NCBI GenBank assembly: GCA_964016885.1
Contig: OZ024740.1
Span: forward strand, 77,128,001-77,192,000
Reading direction: 5' to 3'
DNA from: Eledone cirrhosa
Lineage: Eukaryota
DNA: 64,000 bases
A program made the position numbers and the translations under genes. Below the pieces are notes generated by a model. The model was not told the origin of the DNA. It did no database searches and was given only the letters and a program-made list of their open reading frames with translations. How positions within the stretch are numbered: the stretch's first letter is position 1; each line of letters opens with the position of its first letter. This document shows, piece after piece, positions 36,701 to 49,539 of this stretch.

Positions 36701-39700
36701 CTGGAGTGCTGTTGATGTTGATTTTGGTGTTGTTAGCGATGGTATTGGAGTTGGCGTTGATGTTGGTGGTGGGGCTGGAGTGCTGTTGATGTTGATGTTG
36801 GTGTTGTTAGCGATGGTATTGGAGTTGGTGTTGGTGGTGGGGCTGGAGTGCTGTTGATGTTGATGTTGGTGTTGTTAGCGATGATATTGGAGTTGGCTTT
36901 GGTGTTGGTGGGGGGCTGGAGTGCTGTTGATGTTGATGTTGGTGTTGTTAGCGATGGTGTTGGAGTTGGTGTTGGTGTTGGTGGTGGGGCGGGTGTGCTG
37001 TGATGTTGATGTTGGTGTTGTTAGCGATGGTGTTGGAGTTGGTGTTGGTGTTGGTGGTGGGGCGGGAGTGCTGTGATGTTGGTGTTGTTAGCGATGGTAT
37101 TGGAGTTGGCGTTGGTGTTGGTGGTGGGGCGGGAGTGCTGTGATGTTGGTGTTGTTAGCGATGGTATTGGAGTTGGCGTTGGTGTTGGTGGTGGGGCGGG
37201 AGTGCTGTGATGTTGATGTTGGTGTTGTTAGCGATGGTATTGTAGTTGACGTTGGTGTTGGTGTTGGTGGTGGGGCTGGAGTGCTGTTGATGTTGATGTT
37301 GGTGTTGTTAGCGATGGTATTGGCGTTGGTGTTGGTGTTGATGGTGGAGCTGGAGTGTTGTTCATGTTGATGTTGGTGTTGTTAGCGATGATATTGGAGT
37401 TGGCGTTGGTGTTGGTGTTGGTGGTGGGGCTGGAGTGCTGTTGATGTTGATTTTGGTGTTGTTAGCGATGGTATTGGATGTGGCGTTGGTGTTGGTGGTG
37501 GGGCTGGAGGGCTGTTGATGTTGATGTTGGTGTTGTTAGCGATGGTATTGGAGGTGGCGTTGGTGTTGGTGGTGGGGCTGGAGTGCTGTTGATGTTGATT
37601 TTGGTGTTGTTAGCGATGGTATTGGAGGTGGCGTTGGTGTTCTTGGTGGGGCTGGAGGGCTGTTGATGTTGATGTTGGTGTTGTTAGCGATGGTGTTGCT
37701 GTTGGTGTTGGTGGTGGGGCTGGAACGCTGTTGATGTTGATGTTGGTGTTGTTAGCGATGGTATTGGAATTGGCGTTGATGTTGGTGGTTGGGCTGGAGT
37801 GCTATTGATGTTGATGTTGGTGTTGTTAGCGATGGTATTGGAGGTGGAGTTGGTGTTGGTGGTGGGGCTGGAGTGCTGTTGATGTTGATTTTGGTGTTGT
37901 TAGCGATGGTATTGGAGTTGGCGTTGGTGTTGGTGGTGGGGCTGGAGTGCTGTTGATGTTGATGTTGGTGTTGTTAGCGATGGTATTGGAGTTGGCGTTG
38001 GTGTTGGTGGTGCGGCTGGTGTGCTGTTGATGTTGATGTTGGTGTTGTTAGCGATGGTATTGGAGGTGGCGTTGGTGTTGGTGGTGGGGCTGGAGTGCTG
38101 TTGATGTTGACTTTGGTGTTGTTAGCGATGGTATTGGAGTTGGCGTTGATGTTGGTGGTGGGGCTGGAGTGCTGTTGATGTTGATGATGGTGTTGTTAGT
38201 GATGGTATTGGAGGTGGAGTTGGTGTTGGTGGTGGGGCTGGAGTGCTGTTGATGTTGATTTTGGTGTTGTTAGCGATGGTATTGGAGTTGGCGTTGATGT
38301 TGGTGGTGGGGCTGGAGTGCTGTTGATGTCGATGTTGATGTTGTTAGCGATGGTATTGGAGTTGGCGTTGGTGTTGGTGTTGGTGGTGGGGCTGGGGTGT
38401 TGCTGACGTTGATGTTGGTGTTGTTAGCGATGGTATTGGAGCTGGCGTTGGTGTTGGTGGTGGGGCTAGAGTGTTGCTGACGTTGATGTTGGTGTTGTTA
38501 GCGATGGTATTGGAGTTGGCGTTGGTGGTGGGGATGGAGTGCTGTCGATGTTGATGTTGGTGTTGTTAGCGATGGTATTGGAGTTGGAGTTGGTGTTGGT
38601 GTTGGTGGTGAGGCTGGAATGCTGTTGATATTGATGTTGGTGTTGTTAGCGATGGTATTGGAGTTGGTGTTGGTGTTGGTGTTGGTGGTGGGGCTGGAGT
38701 GCTGTTGATATTGATGTTGTTGTTGTTAGCGATGGTATTGGAGTTGGTGTTGGTGTTGGTGGTGGGGCTGGAGAGCTGTTGATGTTGGTGTTGGTGTTGT
38801 TAGCGATGGTATTGGAGTTGGTGTCGTATTGGTGGTGGTCGCGGTGCTGGAGCGCTGTTGATGTTGATGTTGGTGTTGTTAGACATGGTATTGGAGTTGG
38901 CGTTGGTGTTGGTGGTGGGGCTGGAGTGCTGTTGATGTTGATGCTGGTGTTGTTAGCGATGGTGTTGGAGTTGGCGTTGGTGTTGGTGGTGGTGGTGGTG
39001 CTGGAGTGCTGTTGATGTTGATGTTGGTGTTGTTAGCGATGGTGTTGACGTTGGTGTTGGTGTTGGTGGTGGGGCGGGAGTGTGGGATGTTGGTGTTGTT
39101 AGCGATGGTGTTGGAGTTGGTGTTGGTGTTGGTGGTGGGGCGGGTGTGCTGTGATGTTGATGTTGGTGTTGTTAGCGATGGTGTTGGAGTTGGTGTTGGT
39201 GTTGGTGGTGGGGCGGGAGTGCTGTGATGTTGGTGTTGTTAGCGATGGTATTGGAGTTGGCGTAGGTGTTGGTGGTGGGGCGGGAGTGCTGTGATGTTGG
39301 TGTTGTTAGCGATGGTATTGGAGTTGGCGTTGGTGGTGGGGCGGGAGTGCTGTGATGTTGATGTTGGTGTTGTTAGCGATGGTATTGTAGTTGACGTTGG
39401 TGTTGGTGTTGGTGGTGGGGCTGGAGTGCTGTTGATGTTGATGTTGGTGTTGTTAGCGATGGTATTGGCGTTGGTGTTGGTGTTGATGGTGGAGCTGGAG
39501 TGTTGTTCATGTTGATGTTGGTGTTGTTAGCGATGATATTGGAGTTGGCGTTGGTGTTGGTGTTGGTGGTGGGGCTGGAGTGCTGTTGATGTTGATTTTG
39601 GTGTTGTTAGCGATGGTATTGGATGTGGCGTTGGTGTTGGTGGTGGGGCTGGAGGGCTGTTGATGTTGATGTTGGTGTTGTTAGCGATGGTATTGGAGGT

Positions 39701-42700
39701 GGCGTTGGTGTTGGTGGTGGGGCTGGAGTGCTGTTGATGTTGATTTTGGTGTTGTTAGCGATGGTATTGGAGGTGGCGTTGGTGTTCTTGGTGGGGCTGG
39801 AGGGCTGTTGATGTTGATGTTGGTGTTGTTAGCGATGGTGTTGCTGTTGGTGTTGGTGGTGGGGCTGGAACGCTGTTGATGTTGATGTTGGTGTTGTTAG
39901 CGATGGTATTGGAATTGGCGTTGATGTTGGTGGTTGGGCTGGAGTGCTATTGATGTTGATGTTGGTGTTGTTAGCGATGGTATTGGAGGTGGAGTTGGTG
40001 TTGGTGGTGGGGCTGGAGTGCTGTTGATGTTGATTTTGGTGTTGTTAGCGATGGTATTGGAGTTGGCGTTGGTGTTGGTGGTGGGGCTGGTGTGCTGCTG
40101 ATGTTGATGTTGGTGTTGTTAGCGATGGTATTGGAGTTGGCGTTGGTGTTGGTGGTGGGGCTGGAGTGCTGTTGATGTTGATGTTGGTGTTGTTAGCGAT
40201 GGTATTGGAGTTGGCGTTGGTGTTGGTGGTGCGGCTGGTGTGCTGTTGATGTTGATGTTGGTGTTGTTAGCGATGGTATTGGAGGTGGCGTTGGTGTTGG
40301 TGGTGGGGCTGGAGTGCTGTTGATGTTGACTTTGGTGTTGTTAGCGATGGTATTGGAGTTGGCGTTGATGTTGGTGGTGGGGCTGGAGTGCTGTTGATGT
40401 TGATGATGGTGTTGTTAGTGATGGTATTGGAGGTGGAGTTGGTGTTGGTGGTGGGGCTGGAGTGCTGTTGATGTTGATTTTGGTGTTGTTAGCGATGGTA
40501 TTGGAGTTGGCGTTGATGTTGGTGGTGGGGCTGGAGTGCTGTTGATGTCGATGTTGATGTTGTTAGCGATGGTATTGGAGTTGGCGTTGGTGTTGGTGTT
40601 GGTGGTGGGGCTGGGGTGTTGCTGACGTTGATGTTGGTGTTGTTAGCGATGGTATTGGAGCTGGCGTTGGTGTTGGTGGTGGGGCTAGAGTGTTGCTGAC
40701 GTTGATGTTGGTGTTGTTAGCGATGGTATTGGAGTTGGCGTTGGTGGTGGGGATGGAGTGCTGTCGATGTTGATGTTGGTGTTGTTAGCGATGGTATTGG
40801 AGTTGGAGTTGGTGTTGGTGTTGGTGGTGAGGCTGGAATGCTGTTGATATTGATGTTGGTGTTGTTAGCGATGGTATTGGAGTTGGTGTTGGTGTTGGTG
40901 GTGGGGCTGGAGTGCTGTTGATATTGATGTTGTTGTTGTTAGCGATGGTATTGGAGTTGGTGTTGGTGTTGGTGGTGGGGCTGGAGAGCTGTTGATGTTG
41001 GTGTTGGTGTTGTTAGCGATGGTATTGGAGTTGGTGTCGTATTGGTGGTGGTCGCGGTGCTGGAGAGCTGTTGATGTTGATGTTGGTGTTGTTAGACATG
41101 GTATTGGAGTTGGCGTTGGTGTTGGTGGTGGGGCTGGAGTGCTGTTGATGTTGATGCTGGTGTTGTTAGCGATGGTGTTGGAGTTGGCGTTGGTGTTGGT
41201 GGTGGTGGTGGTGCTGGAGTGCTGTTGATGTTGATGTTGGTGTTGTTAGCGATGGTGTTGACGTTGGTGTTGGTGTTGGTGGTGGGGCGGGAGTGTGGGA
41301 TGTTGGTGTTGTTAGCGATGGTATTGAAGTTGGCGTTGGTGTTGGTGGTGGGGCGGGAGTAATGTGAAGTTGATGTTGGTGTTGTTAGCGATGGTATTGG
41401 AGTTGGCGTTGGTGGTGGTGTTGGTGGTGGGGCTGGAGTGCTGTTGATGTTGATGTTGGTGTTGTTAGCGATGATATTGGAGTTGGCTTTGGCGTTGGTG
41501 TTGGTGGTGGGGCTGGAGTGCTGTTGATGTTGATGTTGGTGTTGTTAGCGATGGTATTGGAGTTGGCGTTGGTGTTGGTGGTGGGGCTGGAGTGCTGTTG
41601 ATGTTGATGTTGGTGTTGTTAGCGATGGTATTGGATTTGGCGTTGGTGTTGGTGGTGGGGCTGGAGTGCTGTTGATGTTGATTTTGGTGTTGTTAGCGAT
41701 GGTATTGGAGTTGGCGTTGATGTTGGTGGTGGGGCTGGAGTGCTGTTGATGTTGATGTTGGTGTTGTTAGCGATGGTATTGGAGGTGGTGTTGGTGTTGG
41801 TGGTGGGGCTGGAGTGCTGTTGATGTTGATTTTGGTGTTGTTAGCGATGGTATTGGAGTTGGCGTTGATGTTGGTGGTGGGGCTGGAGTGCTGTTGATGT
41901 TGATGTTGGTGTTGTTAGCGATGGTATTGGAGGTGGAGTTGGTGTTGGTGGTGGGGCTGGAGTGCTGTTGATGTTGATGTTGGTGTTGTTAGCGATGGCA
42001 TTGGAGTTGGCGTTGGTGTTGGTGGTGGGGCTGGAGTGCTGTTGATGTTGATGTTGGTGTTGTTAGCGATGGTATAGGATTTGGCGTTGGTGTTGGTGGT
42101 GGGGCTGGAGTGCTGTTGATGTTGATTTTGGTGTTGTTAGCGATGGTATTGGAGTTGGCGTTGATGTTGGTGGTGGGGCTGGAGTGCTGTTGATGTTGAT
42201 GTTGGTGTTGTTAGCGATGGTATTGGAGTTGGTGTTGGTGGTGGGGCTGGAGTGCTGTTGATGTTGATGTTGGTGTTGTTAGCGATGATATTGGAGTTGG
42301 CTTTGGTGTTGGTGGGGGGCTGGAGTGCTGTTGATGTTGATGTTGGTGTTGTTAGCGATGGTGTTGGAGTTGGTGTTGGTGTTGGTGGTGGGGCGGGTGT
42401 GCTGTGATGTTGATGTTGGTGTTGTTAGCGATGGTGTTGGAGTTGGTGTTGGTGTTGGTGGTGGGGCGGGAGTGCTGTGATGTTGGTGTTGTTAGCGATG
42501 GTATTGGAGTTGGCGTTGGTGTTGGTGGTGGGGCGGGAGTGCTGTGATGTTGGTGTTGTTAGCGATGGTATTGGAGTTGGCGTTGGTGTTGGTGGTGGGG
42601 CGGGAGTGCTGTGATGTTGATGTTGGTGTTGTTAGCGATGGTATTGTAGTTGACGTTGGTGTTGGTGTTGGTGGTGGGGCTGGAGTGCTGTTGATGTTGA

Positions 42701-45250
42701 TGTTGGTGTTGTTAGCGATGGTATTGGCGTTGGTGTTGGTGTTGATGGTGGAGCTGGAGTGTTGTTCATGTTGATGTTGGTGTTGTTAGCGATGATATTG
42801 GAGTTGGCGTTGGTGTTGGTGTTGGTGGTGGGGCTGGAGTGCTGTTGATGTTGATTTTGGTGTTGTTAGCGATGGTATTGGATGTGGCGTTGGTGTTGGT
42901 GGTGGGGCTGGAGGGCTGTTGATGTTGATGTTGGTGTTGTTAGCGATGGTATTGGAGGTGGCGTTGGTGTTGGTGGTGGGGCTGGAGTGCTGTTGATGTT
43001 GATTTTGGTGTTGTTAGCGATGGTATTGGAGGTGGCGTTGGTGTTGGTGGTGGGGCTGGAGGGCTGTTGATGTTGATGTTGGTGTTGTTAGCGATGGTGT
43101 TGCTGTTGGTGTTGGTGGTGGGGCTGGAACGCTGTTGATGTTGATGTTGGTGTTGTTAGCGATGGTATTGGAATTGGCGTTGATGTTGGTGGTTGGGCTG
43201 GAGTGCTATTGATGTTGATGTTGGTGTTGTTAGCGATGGTATTGGAGGTGGAGTTGGTGTTGGTGGTGGGGCTGGAGTGCTGTTGATGTTGATTTTGGTG
43301 TTGTTAGCGATGGTATTGGAGTTGGCGTTGGTGTTGGTGGTGGGGCTGGTGTGCTGCTGATGTTGATGTTGGTGTTGTTAGCGATGGTATTGGAGTTGGC
43401 GTTGGTGTTGGTGGTGGGGCTGGAGTGCTGTTGATGTTGATGTTGGTGTTGTTAGCGATGGTATTGGAGTTGGCGTTGGTGTTGGTGGTGCGGCTGGTGT
43501 GCTGTTGATGTTGATGTTGGTGTTGTTAGCGATGGTATTGGAGGTGGCGTTGGTGTTGGTGGTGGGGCTGGAGTGCTGTTGATGTTGACTTTGGTGTTGT
43601 TAGCGATGGTATTGGAGTTGGCGTTGATGTTGGTGGTGGGGCTGGAGTGCTGTTGATGTTGATGATGGTGTTGTTAGCGATGGTATTGGAGGTGGAGTTG
43701 GTGTTGGTGGTGGGGCTGGAGTGCTGTTGATGTTGATTTTGGTGTTGTTAGCGATGGTATTGGAGTTGGCGTTGATGTTAGTGGTGGGGCTGGAGTGCTG
43801 TTGATGTCGATGTTGGTGTTGTTAGCGATGGTATTGGAGTTGGCGTTGGTGTTGGTGTTGGTGGTGGGGCTGGGGTGTTGCTGACGTTGATGTTGGTGTT
43901 GTTAGCGATGGTATTGGAGTTGGCGTTGGTGTTGGTGGTGGGGCTAGAGTGTTGCTGACGTTGATGTTGGTGTTGTTAGCGATGGTATTGGAGTTGGCGT
44001 TGGTGGTGGGGATGGAGTGCTGTCGATGTTGATGTTGGTGTTGTTAGCGATGGTATTGGAGTTGGAGTTGGTGTTGGTGTTGGTGGTGAGGCTGGAATGC
44101 TGTTGATATTGATGTTGGTGTTGTTAGCGATGGTATTGGAGTTGGTGTTGGTGTTGGTGGTGGGGCTGGAGTGCTGTTGATATTGATGTTGTTGTTGTTA
44201 GCGATGGTATTGGAGTTGGTGTTGGTGTTGGTGGTGGGGCTGGAGAGCTGTTGATGTTGGTGTTGGTGTTGTTAGCGATGGTATTGGAGTTGGTGTCGTA
44301 TTGGTGGTGGTCGCGGTGCTGGAGCGCTGTTGATGTTGATGTTGGTGTTGTTAGACATGGTATTGGAGTTGGCGTTGGTGTTGGTGGTGGGGCTGGAGTG
44401 CTGTTGATGTTGATGCTGGTGTTGTTAGCGATGGTGTTGGAGTTGGCGTTGGTGTTGGTGGTGGTGGTGGTGCTGGAGTGCTGTTGATGTTGATGTTGGT
44501 GTTGTTAGCGATGGTGTTGACGTTGGTGTTGGTGTTGGTGGTGGGGCGGGAGTGTGGGATGTTGGTGTTGTTAGCTATGGTATTGAAGTTGGCGTTGGTG
44601 TTGGTGGTGGGGCGGGAGTAATGTGAAGTTGATGTTGGTGTTGTTAGCGATGGTATTGGAGTTGGCGTTGGTGGTGGTGTTGGTGGTGGGGCTGGAGTGC
44701 TGTTGATGTTGATGTTGGTGTTGTTAGCGATGATATTGGAGTTGGCTTTGGCGTTGGTGTTGGTGGTGGGGCTGGAGTGCTGTTGATGTTGATGTTGGTG
44801 TTGTTAGCGATGGTATTGGAGTTGGCGTTGGTGTTGGTGGTGGGGCTGGAGTGCTGTTGATGTTGATGTTGGTGTTGTTAGCGATGGTATTGGATTTGGC
44901 GTTGGTGTTGGTGGTGGGGCTGGAGTGCTGTTGATGTTGATTTTGGTGTTGTTAGCGATGGTATTGGAGTTGGCGTTGATGTTGGTGGTGGGGCTGGAGT
45001 GCTGTTGATGTTGATGTTGGTGTTGTTAGCGATGGTATTGGAGGTGATGTTGGTGTTGGTGGTGGGGCTGGAGTGCTGTTGATGTTGATTTTGGTGTTGT
45101 TAGCGATGGTATTGGAGTTGGCGTTGATGTTGGTGGTGGGGCTGGAGTGCTGTTGATGTTGATGTTGGTGTTGTTAGCGATGGTATTGGAGGTGGAGTTG
45201 GTGTTGGTGGTGGGGCTGGAGTGCTGTTGATGTTGATGTTGGTGTTGTTA
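27800..45250. repeat. Higher-order repeat: six copies of a ~3.2-kb (about 44-monomer) unit with large internal indels
   Basis: The marker GTCGTATTGGTGGTGGTCGCGGTGCTGG...TAGACATGG has its CGCGG at 29331, 32442, 35649, 38840, 41053 and 44312 (spacings 3111, 3207, 3191, 2213, 3259). The marker GGAACGCTG is at 28761, 30960, 34167, 37722, 39867 and 43126 (spacings 2199, 3207, 3555, 2145, 3259). The repeated ORFs match these spacings. Confidence 0.95.
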
Positions 45251-48200
45251 GCGATGGTATTGGAGTTGGTGTTGGTGTTGGAGTTGGTGTTGGTGTTGGA
45301 GTTGGTGTTGGGGCAGGAGTGCTGTTGATGTTGATGTTGGTGTTGTTAGCGATGGTATTGGAGTTGGTGTTGGTGTTGGAGTTGGTGTTGGTGTGGGAGT
45401 TGGTGGTGGGGCAGGAGTGCTGTTGATGTTGATGTTGGTGTTGTTAGCGATGGTATTGGTGTTGGCGTTGTTGTTGGTGTTGGGGCTGGAGTGCTGTTGA
45501 TGTTGATGTTGGTGTTGTTAGCGATGGTATTGGAGTTGGTGTTGGTGTTGGTGGCGGGGCGGGGCGGGAGTGCTGTTGATGTTGATGTTGGTGTTGTTAG
45601 CGATTGTATTGGAGTTAGCGTTGGTGTTGGTGGTGGGGCCAGAGTGATGTTGTTAGCGATGGTATTGGAGTTGGTGTTGGTGTTGGTGGTGGGGCTGGTG
45701 TGCTGTTGATGTTGATGTTGGTGTTGTTAGCGATGTTATTGGATGTGGCGTTGGTGTTGGTGGTGGGGCTGGAGTGCTGTTGATGTTGATATTGCTGTTG
45801 TTAGCGATGGTATTTGAATTGGTGTTGGTGTTGGTGGTGGGGCTGGAGTGCTGTTGATGTTGATGTTAGTGTTGTTAGCCCTGGTATTGGAGTTGGCGTT
45901 GGTGTTGGGGCTGGAGTGCTGTTGATGTTGATGTTGGTGTTGTTAGCGATGTTATTGGAGGTGGCGTTGGTGTTGGTAGTGGTGCTGGAGTGCTGTTGAT
46001 GTTGATGTTGGTGTTGTTAGCGATGGTTTGGGTGTTGGCGTTGGCGTTAGTGTTGGTGGTGGGGCTGGAGTGCAGTTGCTGTTGATGTTGGTGTTGTTAG
46101 CGATGGTTTGGGTGTTGGCGTTGGTGTTGGTGGTGGGGCTGGAATGCTGTTTATGTTGATGTTAGTGTTGTTAGCGATGGTATTGGAGTTGGCGATGGTG
46201 TTGGTGTTGGTGGTGGGGCTGGAGTGCTGGTGATGTTGATGTTGGAGTTGTTAGCGATGGTATTGGAGTTGGCGTTGTTGTTGGTGTTGGTGGTGGGGTT
46301 GGAGTGCTGTTGATGTTGATGTTGGTGTTGTTAGCGATGGTATTGGAGTTGGTGTTGGTGTTGGTGGTGGGGCTAGAGTACTGTTGATGTTCATGTTGTT
46401 AGAGATGGTATTGGATTTGGTGTTGGTGTTGGTGGTGGGGCTGGAGTGTTGTTGATATTGATGTTGGTGTTGTTAGCGATGGTATTGGAGTTGGTGTTGG
46501 TGTTGGTGGTGGGGCTAGAGTGCTGTTGATGTTGATGTTGGTGTTGTTAGAGATGGTATTGGAGTTGGCGTTGGTGTTGGAGTTGGTGTTGGTGTTGGAG
46601 TTGGTGTTGGGGCAGGAGTGCTGTTGATGTTGATGTTGGTGTTGTTAGCGATGGTATTGGAGTTGGCGTTGTTGTTGGTGTTGGGGCTGGAGTGCTGTTG
46701 ATGTTGATGTTGGTGTTGTTAGCGATTGTAATGGAATTGGCGTTGGTGTTGGTGGTGGGGCTGGAGTGCTGTTGATGTTGATGTTGGTGTTGTTAGCGAT
46801 TGTATTGGAGTTGGTGTTGGTGTTGGTGGTGGGGCTGGAGTGCTGTTGATGTTGATGTTGGTGTTGTTAGCGATTGTATTGGAGTTGGTGTTGGTGTTGG
46901 TGGTGGGGCTGGAGTGCTGTTGATGTTGATGTTGGTGTTGTTAGCGATGGTATTGGAGTTGGCGTTGTTGTTGGTGTTGGGGCTGGAGTGCTGTTGATGT
47001 TGATGTTGGTGTTGTTAGCGATTGTAATGGAATTGGCGTTGGTGTTGGTGGTGGGGCTGGAGTGCTGTTGATGTTGATGTTGGTGTTGTTAGCGATTGTA
47101 TTGGAGTTGGTGTTGGTGTTGGTGGTGGGGCTGGAGTGCTGTTGATGTTGATGTTGGTGCTGTTAGCGATTGTATTGGAGTTGGTGTTGGTGTTGGTGGT
47201 GGGGCGGGAGTGCTGTTGATGTTGATGTTGGTGTTGTTAGCGAAGGTATTCGAGTTGGCGTTGGTGTTGGTGTTGGTGGTGGGGCTGGAGTGCTGTTGAT
47301 GTTGATGTTGGTGCTGTCAGCGATTGTATTGGAGTTGGTGTTGGTGTTGGTGGCGGGGCGGGAGTGCTGTTGATGTTGATGTTGGTGTTGTTAGCGAAGG
47401 TATTCGAGTTGGCGTTGGTGTTGGGTTGGTGGTGAGGCTGGAGTGCTGTTGATGTTGATGTTGGTGTTGTTAGCGATTGTATTGGAGTTAGCGTTGGTGT
47501 TGGTGGTGGGGCTGGAGTGCTGTTGATGTTGATGTTGGTGTTGTTAGCGATGGTATTGGAGTTGGTGTTGGTGTTGCTGGTGGGGCTGGTGTGCTGTTGA
47601 TGTTGATTTTGGTGTTGTTAGCGATGGTATTGGAGTTGGCGTTGATGTTGGTGGTGGGGCTGGAGTGCTCTTGATGTTGATGTTGGTGTTGTTAGCGATG
47701 GTATTGGAGTTGGCGTTGATGTTGGTGGTGGGGCTGGAGTGCTGTTGATGTTGATGTTGGTGTTGTTAGCGATGGTATTGGAGTTGGCGTTGGTGGTGGG
47801 GCTGGTGTGCTGTTGATGTTGATGTTGGTGTTGTTAGCGATGGTACTGGAGGTGGCGTTGGTGTTGGTGGTGGGGCTGGAGCGCTGTTGATGTTGATGTT
47901 GGTGTTGTTAGCGATGGTATTTGAATTGGTGTTGGTGGTGGGGCTGGTGTGCTGTTGATGTTGATGTTGGTGTTGTTAGCGATGGTATTTGAATTGGTGT
48001 TGGTGGTGGGGCTGGTGTGCTGTTGATGTTGATGTTGGTGTTGTTAGCCCTGGTATTGGAGTTGGCGTTGGTGGTGGGGCTGGAGTGCTGTTGATGTTGA
48101 TGTTGGTGTTGTTAGCCCTGGTATTGGAGTTGGCGTTGGTGTTGGGGCTGGAGTGCTGTTGATGTTGATGTTGGTGTTGTTAGCGAAGGTATTCCAGTTG

Positions 48201-49500
48201 GCGTTGGTGTTGGTGTTGGTGGTGGGGCTGGAGTGCTGTTGATGTTGATGTTGGTGTTGTTAGCCCTGGTATTGGAGTTGGTGTTGGTGGTGGGGCTGGA
48301 GTGCTGTTGATGTTGATGTTGGTGTTGTTAGCCCTGGTATTGGAGTTGGCGTTGGTGTTGGGGCTGGAGTGCTGTTGATGTTGATGTTGGTGTTGTTAGC
48401 GAAGGTATTCCAGTTGGCGTTGGTGTTGGTGTTGGTGGTGGGGCTGGAGTGCTGTTGATGTTGATGTTGGTGTTGTTAGCGATTGTATTGGAGTTAGCGT
48501 TGGTGTTGGTGGTGGGACCGGAGTGGTGTTGTTAGCGATGGTATTGGAGTTGGTGTGGTGTTGGTGGTGGGGCGGGAGTGTTTTGATGTTGATGTTGGTG
48601 TTGTTAGCGATGTTATTGTAGGTGGCGTTGGTGTTGGTGGTGGGGCTGGAGTGCTGTTGATGTTGATGTTGGTGTTGTTAGCGATGGTATTTGAATTGGT
48701 GTTGTGTTGGGGCTGGTGTGCTGTTGATGTTGATGTTGGTGTTGTTAGCGATTGTATTGGAGTTAGCGTTGGTGTTGGTGGTGGGACCGGAGTGGTGTTG
48801 TTAGCGATGGTAATGGAGTTGGTGTGGTGTTGGTGGTGGGGCGGGAGTGTTTTTGATGTTGATGTTGGTGTTGTTAGCGATGTTATTGGAGGTGGCGTTG
48901 GTGTTGGTAGTGGGGCTGGAGTGCTGTTGATGTTGATGTTGGTGTTGTTAGCGATGTTATTGGAGGTGGCGTTGGTGTTGGTGGTGGGGCTGGAGTGCTG
49001 TTGATGTTGATGTTGGTGTTGTTAGCGATGTTATTGGAGGTAGCGTTGGTGTTGGTGGTGGGGCTGGAGTGCTGTTGATGTTGATGTTGGTGTTGTTAGC
49101 GATGGTGTTGGAGTTGGCGTTGGTGTTGGTGGTGGGGCTGGAGTGCTGTTGATGTTGATGTTGGTGTTGTTAGCGATGGTGTTGGAGTTGGCGTTGGTGT
49201 TGGTGGTGGGGCTGGAGTGCTGTTGTTGTTGATGTTGGTGTTGTTAGCGATGGTATTTGAATTGGTGTTGGTGGTGGGGCTGGTGTGCTGTTGATGTTGA
49301 TGTTGGTGTTGTTAGCCCTGGTATTGGAGTTGGCGTTGGTGTTGGTGTTGGTGGTGTGGCTGGAGTGCTGTTGATATTGATGTTGGTGTTGTTAGCAATG
49401 GTATTGGAGTTGGTGTTGGTGGTGGTGGTGGGGCTGGAGTGCTGTTGATGTTGATGTTGGTGTTGTTTGCGATGGTTTGGGTGTTGGCGTTGATGTTGGT
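45250..49500. repeat. Heterogeneous sub-domain sharing variants with 1.8-11 kb
   Basis: Abrupt return of GGAGTTGGTGTTGGGGCAGGAG (about 45300), GCGAAGGTATTCGAG (47240, 47394), TTAGCCCTGG (45875, 48044-49312) and GGTATTTGAATTGG. ORFs 47096/47170 are nearly the same as 9143/9217. Confidence 0.75.
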
Positions 49501-49539
49501 GGTGAGGCTGGAGTGCAGTTGCTGTTGATGTTGGTGTTG

